A stretch of 64,000 nucleotides of DNA from Guillardia theta CCMP2712. Its lineage: Eukaryota > Protista > Cryptophyta. The translations under genes were made by a program, and so were the position numbers. Where the stretch lies: positions 28,013 to 92,012 of the forward strand of contig NW_005434491.1 of the NCBI RefSeq assembly GCF_000315625.1. Direction: 5' to 3'. Below, in pieces: positions 26,101 to 38,792 of this stretch. The stretch's first letter is position 1; each line of letters starts with the position of its first letter. Below the pieces are notes generated by a model that saw only the letters and a list, made by a program, of their open reading frames with translations, made no database searches and was not told the DNA's origin.

Positions 26101-28574
26101 GATGTATGGAACGACACAAAGAAAAGTGACTTGCCAAAGATGTTGTCATATTGAACCCGCTTTCCGCCTTGAAGGACCCGTGCAGTCTTGCCACAGATGG
26201 CCAAAGGCGGCACAGTGCTTTCGAACCAATAGAATCGGATGGAGATGTCGCCAGTCAAGAGCTCGAAACCGATGTCGATCACGCTCTCTCTGGGTTCTCC
26301 TGTACAAGACACCAGCCCGTTGGTCTTGCCGTGATCATATTGCACTCTTCCATCACACTCGATCACGAAACTTAACAGACACCCTCCTTGCTGAGCTCGA
26401 GGGATGCCGGCGATGATGATGCTACCAAGCACCAAGTGCTTTTTGCTGATGAAATCCACTTGCCTGTCTACGATCGCGTGCACATAGTTGACATACCTCA
26501 CTTGTGACGGAGCTGTCACACAGATTCTCCCCTTGTGTTGCGAGCTACCTTCAGTCCTTCGTTCCGCAAAGTAATTCAGAGCATCCGAGGCAGACAAGAC
26601 GAATCCAGTCCATAGCATCAAAGCACAGCAGAACGTTCCAGTCCTTCCCTTACCTCCCTTGCAATGGATCACGATAACGTTGTCGTTATCTTCATTCAAG
26701 ATCTTGGTAGCTTGTTCACAGAAGACGATGATACGAAGAAGTGAATTCACGTTGTGATCTCGCGTTGGGATCTTCTTGACCTGGTAGTAGAGGAATCTCG
26801 GATCATAATTTCCATTCCCGTTCTCTTCAAAGCTTTCGCATAGATTGTGCACGACGAAGGAAGCGTAATGACGTGTGGCGAAGAAACGAGCCACATCGCG
26901 AATATCGTTACGATGCATGGCCCCGGCAACACACGGGATTGACATTGCAATGAGTCTATCACAGACGTAGGTGATGTCCAGGTCAAAGTCGTTGTTTAAG
27001 TCGTAAAACCGTCTTCGTCTTCCGCTTATTGCTGTCTGAAATTTGCGGTCACACTATGTCGTGTAGGGAATACAATCATCACCTGCAATTGCCTTCGAAG
27101 CTGTTTTTCGAGTTGCAAGCTTCTCAAGATGGCTAGCAGTATTCTAGACATGTGCAAAGCGTTTGAGATCCTCGTGCTCATACGACTGGTATCATTTGAA
27201 GAAGGACACTCGGAGATACAGACTAGGATCATGACGACGCTGCAGACGAGGATGGGAACAAACCAACAGGTGACAGAGCTGATCATCTCCTTAAATCCGA
27301 TGAGAGACAAATTTCTTCTCCATCCTGCTTTTCTCCCTGATGCTGCCAGACTGATACAGTGGAGAACGATGATTGACATCATCAGTTCTACGTGCGCAAC
27401 ATTCACAATCGTTTGATTCGCACGAAATTCACAAAACACTAAATTTCCATCTTTGATGATTTGGAAGAACTAAATAGGTAACTTATGAGAATTTGACAAG
27501 AAACAGAAGATATCATATTACCAAGAAAGTCACAGATTCCATAATTGCAAGTGCAACTACCAAGAATGACTTCGCATACACTTTCTGCTCCGACGCATGA
27601 GTCGAGATAAGTAAGGGGAATATTGCTCACCAGAGCAGACTTCCATTGTTTGTCTTCCTCCTCCTCATACTCGTCTTCTGCAACGTTAGCGAGATTATCC
27701 GGAACCTAGATTGAGTTTGAAATTTGTTCTTGTCTCGCCTAGCATTTGAAATGATCGTGGATACCTCTTGCTCGTTGGTATCAGACAAGGCAGAAGCAGT
27801 TCTCCCTGGAGGATATGGTGATACGAGGAGAGCAGTTGACATGGGTGTACCGATAGTGATTGATCTCTCAGCGCCTTGGTTGCTCGCGTCATTCTTATGC
27901 GGCTCCTCAAAGGTATTCTGAATTCACTTTGAGCTTCAAACGTACACGCAAACTACACCTGATCTACAACTCTTCGAAAGGGAAATTCAAGATGACCGGC
28001 AAAGATTTTCGATATTGAACCCTGAAAGAGTGATTGAGAACAAGCACGGCAAATCAGCCGTCAAATTACCTGATAGTTCTTGTGTGGCTGTATTCTCGTC
28101 TGCTTCACTGAAAGTCGAACTCTACTGCCCTTGAGGTTTGAAGGACCTTGAGTTTACTTAAACTTGCATGATGGGACGGCACAGAGATGACAAGACCTGC
28201 GGGAATCTTTGTTTCTTCGCAAACTTCATTCAAAGTTCTCTCAACTTCTTCGAACGATGCAAACCCAGAAAACTTGGACCACTCGTCTAGCAATCCGCTC
28301 AGAATCAAGACCCTAAACAACTTTGAGCACCTGGGAATGACCCACCGCCATCAGCTGTGGTTGGATAAAAGTCTGCCGCTGCCCAGTCAGAGGATGGTGA
28401 GTTAGCTGTCTCTTGCTCTGAATCTCCGTCTTCAACGCCGAAATCATCCATCTCTTCGTCAACAACATTCAATGGTGAGAGCCCATGATGCGAAAGTTCT
28501 TGGGATTCTGTCATGTCTGGCAGCTCTTCCTGTATATGTCGGCTTTCGTTCGCGATCTCTGAATGTCTCGACAT
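23175..28574 (-). CDS. Voltage-sensing-phosphatase/TPTE-like protein: TM bundle + PTEN phosphatase + C2 + CNBD + GRAM/PH + second CNBD + C-terminal domain
   Basis: Hydrophobic exons 27100-27620; linker RRRFYDLNNDFDLDITYVCDRLIAMSIP; active site HCKGGKGRTG; PSQVRYV; C2 FFVSFHTSF; CNBD FGKGEMIY..LFLIVSG..GDFFGDLS; GRAM-like NGVMVIFPEMVCF; second CNBD FQAGETIAERG..IFFILQGSV..GELFGG; 3' end approximate. Confidence 0.75.
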
Positions 28575-29402
28575 CTGGTGTCTACTGAAACGCGGTGGAG
28601 AAATTCAGCGGTAGATACGTCGCTGCGCTAATGCATTGAGACGTACGAGGAGCGCACGTTTCCTCCGAGTCAGAAATCAAACTCAAAGACATCATGCAGA
28701 GCTTTCACTCTTCGATTTCAAGATCCTTCACGTTTCTGCTGTTACAGCCCAACCCAATCTATGCAGGCTGCTTGTGCTTGTTCCTTTGCCTTACTGATTA
28801 GAACGATTCATCCCTGGATGCAATCATCGGCATTGGGACGGCTAGTCGGCCTATTCTCCTCCTCTTCCCCTTCCCCTTCATTCCCCTTCCTCTCCCTCAC
28901 TCCATCAGCCTCTTGCCACGCTGCAGGATCTTACAGGTAGCCGTCCTGCATGGAGCGATTGATCTCTATTACAAGACCCCGACAACCCCCACCCCACGTG
29001 ATCTACCAACCCCCCCCCCCACATTCACCGTGCCACTCTGTTCATTACTACCCCCTGTCACCTCTACGGAATCACAGTTCAGAACCCTGGTCCTCAACAG
29101 AACCTCAAACCTGACACCCCACAAACTCTACCATCCCACCGGTACCAATGAAAGTGTAGTAGGCCCGGTAGATAAATACATAAGCGGAAAGATGGCAGAC
29201 CACAGGACTTGCGCAGCTGCTTGAGGGCAGGTTTGATGCTCAAGGCTTCCGCAGTTGGAATTCCATTGTGACTTTGATCGAGGCTCTATTCTACCCTAAA
29301 CAGTAGATAGTAAGACTAAGCCCTTGAGAGCAACTTGTGCATAGCTCTTTGTTTCTTGCAACAACTGTTAATTGGGGACCCAACGACAATGGGCTTCGCA
29401 TA

Positions 29403-31286
29403 TCAGCTGGCACGAAACTGTACAGACAAGAGCGTCTGACTCGCTAGCTCAGCTTCTGCAAGCGTCATGTTTCTATCTTTGAAAGCGCGGACAGGAGCCA
29501 TTGAAACCAGGTCAAAGAGCTTGGTGGGCGAAACATCACCGGCTTCGAGCTGCCGCTGTAGTAGAGTAGTCTGAGAAGGCCTCAGAGGTGACACAGAGGC
29601 TCAAGAAGAAATCACCTCCACCCAGTTGTACAACACTTCGATCTTGTCCGTCGAACGGAATTTTCTATTTGGCAATCGAGATCCATCCTTCAAAACAGAT
29701 GTGAGGTCATTATCCACTGGTACCACGCGGTGATTCATTGCACCTGTAGCCGAACACCGATGGTGGTGACTCCTTCTTCTCCTGCCTTGGGTTCTGCCGG
29801 AATCAAGGCCTGCTTCCTTGAAACCTCCTTGTTTAACTCATTCTTTCTTATCTCCTTCTCCTCAGCAAGCCGCATGGCTTCTTGTTTGGCGATTTTCTCA
29901 GCTTCTTGTGCAGCGAGCTGAGCTTCTTTCTTTGACATTTCTTTTGCCCTGCAAGTAATAGCATAAGATGATGAAAGACCAATTTTAAGGAACCTGTCCA
30001 TCTCCAACGACTCTTCGTATGCACGATCTTGCTCTTCTCGCACTCTTCTCGCTTCCATCGTACTAGGACTCGGAGGATTGTACTTTGGTGCTCCAAAGTC
30101 GTCATCAGTATCCATAAATCTTCGAAGATTTTCTGGAATTCCAGTTGCTCTGGAATCTGCGAAGCCATCTGGCACAAACTGCGCTTCATGTGCTCTTTTC
30201 TACACAATGGATTGGCTTCAATTCTGATATCTAATCACGAAATCACATGTGAATTCACCTGCGCAAGCTCCTGCGCACGGAGTTGCGGAAATCGGTCCTC
30301 CATCATTGGCATTGCTCTATTCGAAGTGTTGCCTACAGGGCAGGAATGTGAGCTTCCGCTTGAAGCAGTCAGAACTAAAATTGAACCTGCATCCTTGCAC
30401 AGCGAGGCTTGCAATGCTTCCGCTAGCAAAGGATCATCTTCTCCATCCACACCAGGCTGAAGAATTGATTTGTCAAAGAGTGATAAACTGTTAGGGAGGA
30501 AGGGGGGAAAAGCGAAGAGAGCACAAAGGGAAGGTGGAATAGCATCTGGACAGAAAAGTAGAAAGAAAATTGTGCTGTCAAGTATGCAATGAACGTGGGG
30601 AAACAGAATCGATAGCGGCTGATTACCTGCGGATGTTCTAATGATTCTTTGATTGCAGCTTCAATGAAAGCTTGTTCAGTAGCATCCTCACCGTCAGAGT
30701 GATCTCGAAAGGTAGCTTGATTGTGACTCATCACCCCAGAAGAATGGAGGGCAGTATCAAGTTGAGCATCAGACTCAAGATCCTGTCGCCGTTGAGCAGC
30801 AGAAAGTCTCATAGCGCGTTCTAGCTCGTCATCTTGAGCATCTGTCACGTTTTGAACGCTCCTGAGTAGATGAGGCGGTATGGGTTGGGCTGGAGGCCTG
30901 AAAGGCGGAGGTTGAAAAGAGACATTTTCAGAAGAAGGGCGATCTGCAGTCGTATTCGATATACTGGCAGCCAACGCCATCTGCAGCTCATGATCATCAT
31001 CCTCCATCACTTCCACCGGTGAATTTCTTAGTTGAGTCGCATTGGCATTTGTGGAGCCGGCACTAGTTCCATGACCCACTCCTGTCTCCCCAGTAGAGAA
31101 GAAGAAATTCACAGCAGCCCCTACATCCCATGCATTGCCTTCCAGCTGAAAATAAGGAAATCACAAAGATGCATCACCCACAAAAAGCCAAATAGCTACC
31201 ATGTGTGTCGCGGCTTGAACATCCGTCGTTCCGGTGATGGCAAGGAACTGCTGCAGACTTTCTGCTTTTGCTGGATCATCAGCCAT
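29403..31286 (-). CDS. UBX domain protein (UBA-like + several UIMs + coiled coil + UBX), p97/Cdc48 adaptor
   Basis: N-term LQQFLAITG..AVNFFF; UIM-like DDDHELQMALAASI, DDELERAMRLS, FIEAAIKESLE, LAEALQASL; REEQDRAYEESL; C-term IGVRLQDGSR..RKF..TLAEAEL. Confidence 0.85.
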
Positions 31287-33299
31287 TTCACGATACGAAC
31301 GTTTGGTAGACGAAGTTTTCCTCCTACAAATTTCCTTGTCTCTGAATGTTTGAACAAGAGCAAATTGACCAAGCAACAAGAAAAGAAGAACGAGTTTCTT
31401 CTTAGATCCCAAGGCCCTTGCCCGGTATTTTCCAAGCTTGACGGTATCGGGATAAAAAGTTGGAATTTTTACGGTGACCACCTTTCCGAACCGACACCGA
31501 GTGTGGAGACAACAATACCTGAATCTTTGTCAGATTTGCGTGTCCCACTATATCTACGAATTTCTTTTGTTCCCCTTTTCTCACTTAATTTGCACTCTTT
31601 CATATTTTCCATCCCAAACCACATATCTCTGTCTCTTTGTCGACCCTCTCACTCATCCTTCCCTTCTTCTCATTATCTCTGCTCTGCCTTGCCCTGCCCT
31701 GCCCTGCCCTGCCCTGCCCTGCCTTGCCCTGCCCTGCCTGCATCGTAGGATTCTACCCTGCATTGGACAGCTGGCTATTTCACTTTTCGAAATGGTAGCC
31801 TCCGATTTGAAATGGATAGTTGCTTGAACTTCTGTTATTTAATTTCGATATTGGTTGGACAAGTTCGAAAAATACATTTCGATTTCGCATATTGTTCTCC
31901 TTGCTTTCCTCTCAGGACCCCTGGTGAAAAATCTTTTTTCTTTCTACTACCCCGGTGGTCCTATAACACAACCACCCATAAGATCCATGTACCCCTCCAC
32001 CCCCACCTACTCCACATTATCTTCACGCATGTCTATAGTCAAAATTAACAGTTTATAATGAAGATCAGAGCAGCGAAGAGACAGAAATGTTGTCGACGCT
32101 GAAGCAGTGGAACGGACAGCTCGGCGATGGCGAACAGGTGAAGCGAGGAGAGTAGGAGAAGACAGACCAGGATATTTGAATGTAGGAAAGGGGCTGGTGA
32201 TGGCTAACGTTGGAGAGAAAGGAAATGGCTTTGAATGGAACCGACGGAATAGAATAAGCAGAAGAGCCAGTCAGGACAAGCGATTCAAGTTGTTCCTATG
32301 AATAGATAAACATTTGATCGAGCAATACTCTTATAAATTTGTTTTTCATGAGGATCTCATCCTTGAAGGTCTTTTGGCCTGAATCATGGAGTGGATTGAA
32401 GTGGTGATATACAGGAGAGGCATACTGAGAAGGAACTAAGTAGAGCAACCATAAAAGCGGAGCAACTTGCTGATTGTTCAAGTATAGTATTGACAGGAAG
32501 GATTGACAGTAGAAAGGGAGAAGTTGCTGCTGATTCATCTCAAGTTCTTTTGATGTCTTACCGCTGGTTTGTAGCTTGCCGATAACATTCAGAAGCTGAG
32601 CCCTCATGACATCTCCAAGGGTGAGAAATTCATCTCTTAGCCCTCCATTCCCCATATCCCTCCTTGCACTTCCCTCCTCACAATCGCTTTTACCCTCTAC
32701 CTGCCTCGCTGTCTTCTGCTGTCCCTTTTCTCAATCTCTGGCTCTTCGCTGCTTACCAGCCATGGAATCAGGGATCGAGAACTACTACAAGGATATGCGG
32801 CTTGGGATCAGAAGGTCTGGCTCCAATCTCCATCAAGGAAAGGGATGGAACAGCCATGGTGAACTGTCTGCTAGACTTGCAGTCGATAACCTGCTCGCAG
32901 GTACTGTGACGTGCCACAGCTACGGATGCGCGTTCAACATGGGCGCTGACCCCAAAGTTGAGTTCTTGTAGACAGTGAAGCAAATCCGCTGCATGTACCC
33001 CGGAGAGGATGATTGAAGTAAAGTTTGACGTATGTCCATCCAAGTTACGAGTCGTCAGTTATCAATTCTCTGGTTAAGTCTCTGAGAGAATCAGCGAAGA
33101 ATGTCGTGGGTTGGGGCAGATGCTCTTCGGTCTCCTCCTGCACCTTGGATCTTGCTACTTGTCTTGTCTACGACACCATGAGGGGCACGGCAGCAGCAGC
33201 AAGCTGAGCACCTCAATGTTCTTCCGGTCTGCCATGTGAATGCCAAGCATGCCTGCTCATGTCATCAACGTAGGAGTTATTATAACAGACATACCAAGC

Positions 33300-34859
33300 T
33301 TCTTGGTCGCTGACGATGCAAGATCCGCCTGGGCCTGCAACCACATCATACGATCAACTTAGAAAGGCAGTTGAAGTGCCTGTGCTCGACTCTCTGCGTC
33401 CGTTGCTCTGCTATTCGCTTCCCGTAACTTGTCCTGCTAAAATCTCAACGTTGTCTTCCCCCGAGCCTCCACCTGCAGGTCCCGGTGCTGCTTCTCAAGA
33501 CCTGAGAGCTTCTTCGCCATCTCCTCCCTCTCCTTGTTGGCAGTCTGCGCTGCTCTCTGCGCCTGCTGGAGTTCAGCCTTCGCTTGCTATTGCAACCACA
33601 TCACAACGGTCGAGGCAGTCATGACGCAGAGCGAGAAACCTGTGCTTCAACGAAATGCTGGGAGGATTCTTCTGAGGAAAAAGCGAGTTGTGACAAAGCT
33701 GAAGCAAGGCTGAAGGCGAGGAAAACAGAGAGTGAGAAGTCGAAGGGAATGGAACGAGACAGTGGTACTTGTCTTGCAGGCAAGAGTGTTCAGCTCGAAG
33801 CGAGTTGACCTCCTCCTTGAGCTGGAAGAACATGTCGCGCGACAACCTGAGCTGGAAGAGGAGCCCGCGAATTCAAATGCTGAAGGAAGACGCTTTGAAG
33901 AAGAGCTTGTACGCAGTGTCTCACCTGCTTCTCTGCATTGTAAAGCTTGAGCTTGTCTGATTCAGTTTCCCGGACAACCCTCAAGGTTCCTGCAGCCGTC
34001 AGCGCATGCCTAGTTTATCATTGGCTGCTTTCACCTTCCATGTCGAGCTTGGAGCAGGAGGTTTCGATGGCTACTTCTAAGTATTCTTCGAGCTCCTCGA
34101 TGCGGGCCGTCATCTGACGCGACTTCACTTATCTCATCAGCAGGGTAGGCTTCTCACCTTTTTCTCCATATCGTGCAGCACAGACCTACAGGTGCGGACA
34201 GCAGCTCGCAGGCAGTCGCTAATCAGGTGAGTAACACTTGCAACGCCATGGAAGAGGAGGCTCACATGTGATCGTTCGCTTCTCTTTCCAGTCTGCGGAG
34301 GATCTTCAAGGTCATTTTTTGCTTCTTACGAAAGTCTTGCATCTTCCTTGCTTTCGCGAGCAACTCCTGCTTGCTCCACTTCCACCACTCGTGTTGTCTT
34401 TGGTCATCCTCGGACTCCTCCACATATTCTTCCAAGTCCTTGACGTGTTTCAGTTCATGGTGGAGACGCCGAAGTGAATCCTCGCTGGCAGCGTCTGAAC
34501 CGACTGCGAGGTTTTGCTGTTCCTCTGCCTCCTGATACTTTGAGCTCGCTAGTGCTAGAGCAACCCCCTCCCACTTGCTTGAATAGACTCCTGAGCTTCT
34601 TGCTAAAGATGCTGCAGCATCCGAGGCCCACACACGTTCACAGGTTTGAGGACAATCGCCATTGATACACACATTGCCCCTCGTCTGCTCCTTCTCCTCC
34701 GGCTTTGCATCGCGCGTACGTGCTGATCGCCTGCTGTTGGAGAACCTTAACACATAATCCTGCAGGATGACAGTATGAACATCACCTCAGGATCCTGTAA
34801 AAGTCTCTCCTCAGCTCGACAACTTTGCGTTCGAGCGACGATGGCTGGAACTGAGTCAT
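33300..34859 (-). CDS. Hypothetical coiled-coil protein, multi-exon
   Basis: MTQFQPSSLERKVVELRRDF start; E/K/L-rich exons (LRRLHHELKHVKDLEEY, RIEELEEYLE); 3' end uncertain. Confidence 0.45.
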
Positions 34860-35485
34860 TTTGCGAGCTCCTCCTCTCTTTGCACTTTGCCTTCACGCGA
34901 GATCAATTGAGAAGAGCTAGAGATATCTGATCCTACGGGATACATACACCAAGCCCATCTCTGCTCTCTATGTCATCTTCATCAACATCGTTCCATCCTC
35001 AACCAAGTCTCACTCCTCTCTCCCTTTTCCCTTCCCCCTGGTCCTATGGCCGAATCAGTCCCGGGCCTTCTTTAGCCCAACTTAGAAACCCGCCGTGCCA
35101 GGGTCACTGTGATCAGGAAGCGAGTCACGGAGTCTGGCGGCAGCCTTGATGGGTACTGAGGCTCATTATACTGTAGCGGCTGCAAGCCAAGCCGCGAGTG
35201 CGACTGAAGTTCGAGCGACTGGCTGCAGGGGCCCTAGCTCGGCTTTGGGTGCTCTGGATGCAATCACTATGACTCATGATGTCACAGCAGTGAACTTGTG
35301 AAAGTGGCACCGTCAGTGAACTCGGATCGTCATGGTAAACTTGAAAGAAAGGTCCTGTGATCATGAGTTTGAAAAGCAGTGTGGAGTCCAACGAGTCACT
35401 GAGTTGAAATGGAATATCACTGAGTTGAATTATAAATTCATTCGCCATCTAAAGTTATTGTTATAGTAGATGCTCAAATTTCAAT

Positions 35486-36445
35486 TCAGACTATCGTGGG
35501 AAAAGCATCTTCATAAAATCTTCTCTCTAAATCTTCGGAATCATTGCTTGTATCTCGAAATGCGTCCCTCCAATCAGCTAGAGTTTCCTGTCCTGGAGCA
35601 TGCAAATAATGGACAATATCTTCTGGACAGCACTCCTCCTGCTCTTCGACACAACCTCTCCATTTAATTCTGGCGTTGCTGCTGTCGTCGTCAAGATCTA
35701 CGCCTTCGCCAGCGCTTGTATATGCGTCGTGGTCGTCCGGGTCAAAGGGGGTGGAATGCAAGGATTCAGACTCTTCCACACCCAGCAGCTCGTCCAAGGA
35801 TGTATCGTTAGAAAGGAGTTGCAGATCAAGTGCTTCATCGTTTTCCCACATTTCGTCTCTAGAGGCTTCATCGCTGCAGCTTTTTGCTGTCGCAGGTTCG
35901 GCTTTGACGATGGTGCTCTTGACGTGAACATGACTTGACGTCTGAGTTTTGAGAGAGACTCGTCGAGGTCGGTGCCTCGAGTAAGGCCAGCGCGACACGC
36001 CTACTCTCCTGCACGCATTCTTCATGGCTGTCAATGAGATTCCCAGGAAAGCTGCGGCTTCCGTTTGCCGCATGTGGAACATGTTCTTAATGTCATTGAG
36101 ACCCAGCACAAGGGATTTTTGACTATTCCTCTCTTTTTCTCCTCGTTTTCTCCTCGGAAAGACTTTCGTTTTGGTTGCCTTCGAGGGTATCAGCCCCTGG
36201 TTGGGATTTTCAACTGTGTTTCTACTTCTAAGATTTCGATGCATAGCTTTGTTCGTGTTCCCTTTCTGGACCGTAGATATGAGCAAGCTTTTGAACGAGC
36301 AAGCGCCGTATGTTTGACCATTGCTTTCCTTGGCATCCATTTCCATCTCGCTAACTTGTAGAATCGAATGACTTTTTCTCCCTCTTGCTTCTCCCTTCAG
36401 CCAACGGCCGTCTGTCAACATGTGCTTTTGTGTCCACCGACTCAA
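35486..36445 (-). CDS. RWP-RK domain transcription factor (possible additional 5' exon)
   Basis: LNDIKNMFHMRQTEAAAFLGISLTAMKNACRRVGVSRWPYSR followed by an acidic tail. Confidence 0.88.
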   Translation of the reverse strand: MSRWTQKHMLTDGRWLKGEARGRKSHSILQVSEMEMDAKESNGQTYGACSFKSLLISTVQKGNTNKAMHRNLRSRNTVENPNQGLIPSKATKTKVFPRRKRGEKERNSQKSLVLGLNDIKNMFHMRQTEAAAFLGISLTAMKNACRRVGVSRWPYSRHRPRRVSLKTQTSSHVHVKSTIVKAEPATAKSCSDEASRDEMWENDEALDLQLLSNDTSLDELLGVEESESLHSTPFDPDDHDAYTSAGEGVDLDDDSSNARIKWRGCVEEQEECCPEDIVHYLHAPGQETLADWRDAFRDTSNDSEDLERRFYEDAFPTIV

Positions 36446-37168
36446 AATAAATGCGACTGACCCTCCTTTCTGCTTCTCTCCACTCTGCTCTTATACCTTT
36501 TCCTCTGCACGTCCTTTTGTCTTCTTGTCTGTTGCGTCCTCGTCCTCAGTCTCGTCTATGCACTCGTCCTTGTTGTTGTCCTCTCTGTTCTCGTCTACTT
36601 CATTGTCGATTCTTCTGGCTTTCCTTGCGCCTTTGTCGCAGATTTCGGAACCCTAAAACCCAAAACCAGCAGCCGCATCTTAGCAGCTTCTTCCCCACCC
36701 CACCCTCTTCCGTCCCCTCATCCCCGACCACCCCTTCTTTATACTAACAGAAAAGCTAAATGCAAGGGTAATGGGTGGTGACTAGGGTCGCAAGCATGAG
36801 GCTCATGCAACTGAGCCTGGTTTATTATAAGGTCATGGTCACGGAACGGCGCTTCTTCCCGACCAGTTGACATAAATCATTTGTGACTCAACCGCAGGTG
36901 TCCTCTTCAAGGAGTTATTATTATTATTTAGCTCACTGAACCTCCGGCCGCCGGTTCCCACCCTATGGCATTAAGTTAACTCGACCGTACAGTTTTCCGC
37001 CGCAGTTGAACTCCCTAGGCCCGCTGACCGTTCGGGTCCCGGCGCGGCCCGGGGTGGACTCCCGGACTCCGAGGCTCATGCCTTCATGGACCGACGGTTA
37101 CCTAAGTCATGATCGTCAACTTAAGGTTTTAACGTGTTTAGAAGCGGCGGCGGCCGGGCCGCTGATCG

Positions 37169-37775
37169 GATGGAGCGTATGCCAGCCGTGCCAGTCAGAT
37201 AGCGCCGAGTTAACAAAACTCTCCTGTAAACCAAGACCGTCCGACGACTTACGTGGCGAGGCGGCCGATGTAGCGTGTGGGACGAAGAGGGGGCTTTCCT
37301 AGCCGTCTTGCTAAGGTTCTCTCATGTCTGGATGCTTGGGTTTCACATCCTAGCATACGGTACAGTCTATTGATGGAACGTATGCCAGCCGTGCCAGTCA
37401 GATAGCGCCGAGTTAACAAAAACTCTCCTGTAAACCAAGACGACTTACGTGTTTCGCGACGGCCAATGTAGCGTGTGGGACGAAGAGGGGGCTTTCCTAG
37501 CCGTCTTACTAAGGTCCCCTCATGTCTGGATGCTTGGGTTTCACATCCTAGCATACAGTCTATCTCTCATGTGCTCCTCAATTCTGGTTTTGTGTGCATT
37601 AAACTCGGTCTTGAGCAAAAACTGTCGTGTTACAACTAAGGTCGATGTGATATCTGCGTGACTTTGGACTAGTACAAGTCTAACAAACTTGTATTCCGTC
37701 GCTATCTCTCATGTCAGCGGCTCCTCAATACTGGTTTTTGTGTGCATTAAACTCGGTCACCTTGAGCAAAAACAG
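37169..37775. repeat. Two local tandem duplications (~190 bp x2 at 37169/37373; ~65 bp x2 at ~37560/37702) at the gene-array boundary
   Basis: Repeated gatgg..tatgccagccgtgccagtcagatagcgccgagttaac..catcctagcatac and tatctctcatgt..gagcaaaaac. Confidence 0.85.
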
Positions 37776-37780
37776 TCACA

Positions 37781-38430
37781 GTGCCCCGCTGACCAGCTGC
37801 CTCAGGCTCCGCCTCCCTGTCGAAGCCGACTGCTTCGAGCTTGGTTGCTGCGCCTTCTAAAGAGAAGGGCAGCTCCTTCATCATGCGTCGAGCATCCTCC
37901 GTGGACTGAGCCGAGGAAAATGCATAGCTTGGACCCGTTCCAGGACTTGGTGTTCAACTTGAATCCTCCTCCATGTCGATGCCTTCAACTTTGATCTCGA
38001 GCCTATTAGCGATCTCCAACAAGACTCTCTTGACTCTTGCGATGGACGTGTTGCCGCCGTTGCACAGCCCCTCCATCTCCTTCCTCGTGAAGCGAGCCCG
38101 TACCGAGCTTGAGCTGAGCTCAAGGTAAGGAGAGAAGGTAGGAGGCGACCGAAGGCCAAGGTGAGGAGAGGCAACTCTCCTGACTGAGGCTGAGGAAGCT
38201 GAATGGAGGTAGAGTAGGTGGCGACCGAAGGCCAAGGTGAGGAGAGGCAACTCTCCTGACTGAGGCTGAGGAAGCCAAGAGAAGACAGCAGAAGTAGAAA
38301 GTAGAAAGAGACCTCAGAAGCAGGGTTCGCATTGTAGGCCGTGTACTCCCAGTGCTCGCGCGCCTCTTTAGACTAGGATCAAATTGCAAAAGCCCACAAT
38401 GAGGCAAAGCAACATTCTAGCATTCTAATA
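37781..38430 (+). mobile_element. 5'-inverted, truncated copy of the ORF1-only family 1 element
   Basis: 37781-38095 is the reverse complement of mid-ORF1; 38092-38430 is the direct ORF1 end + 3' UTR (two 76-bp repeats) ending cattctaata. Confidence 0.85.
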
Positions 38431-38433
38431 GGG

Positions 38434-38757
38434 AAGGAAAACAAGCCTGGCAGCAAGGAGGCAGGAGCGGCTCAAGGTCATGGGCGGCATGAAGGGAAAC
38501 AGAGAAGGGCTAACCAGCCCAGGAGAAGGTACAGCCTGGCCACACTGCGGGCGACGGCATGTGGGGGGGGGCAGGGGCAGGCAAGGCAACGGTACTTGGC
38601 GAAAACAAGAAGGGGGACCGGGATCGGAATTGGAACGGGCCCGGAGGACATCATCGGGCCGATCGTTACTGAAAACAGCTAATACGGAAGCAACCAGGCC
38701 TAAGGGGCCTATAGGACAATGGGCCAACCTCCCAAGGTTGGGAACCCCTTTAGACGG
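38434..38757 (+). mobile_element. Diverged fragment of the RT element 3' UTR
   Basis: Aligns with 44670-44970 (ggggaccgggatcggaattggaacgggcccggaggac ... cccctttagacgg). Confidence 0.9.
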
Positions 38758-38792
38758 GTTTAGGGTTTAGGGTTTAGGGTTTAGGGTTTAGG
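38756..38792 (+). repeat. Telomeric repeat (TTTAGGG)~5
   Basis: Direct. Confidence 0.97.

Noticed and set aside
32606-33210. Possible small plus-strand gene starting MESGIENYYKDMRLG
   Set aside because: No consistent exon chain or recognisable domain
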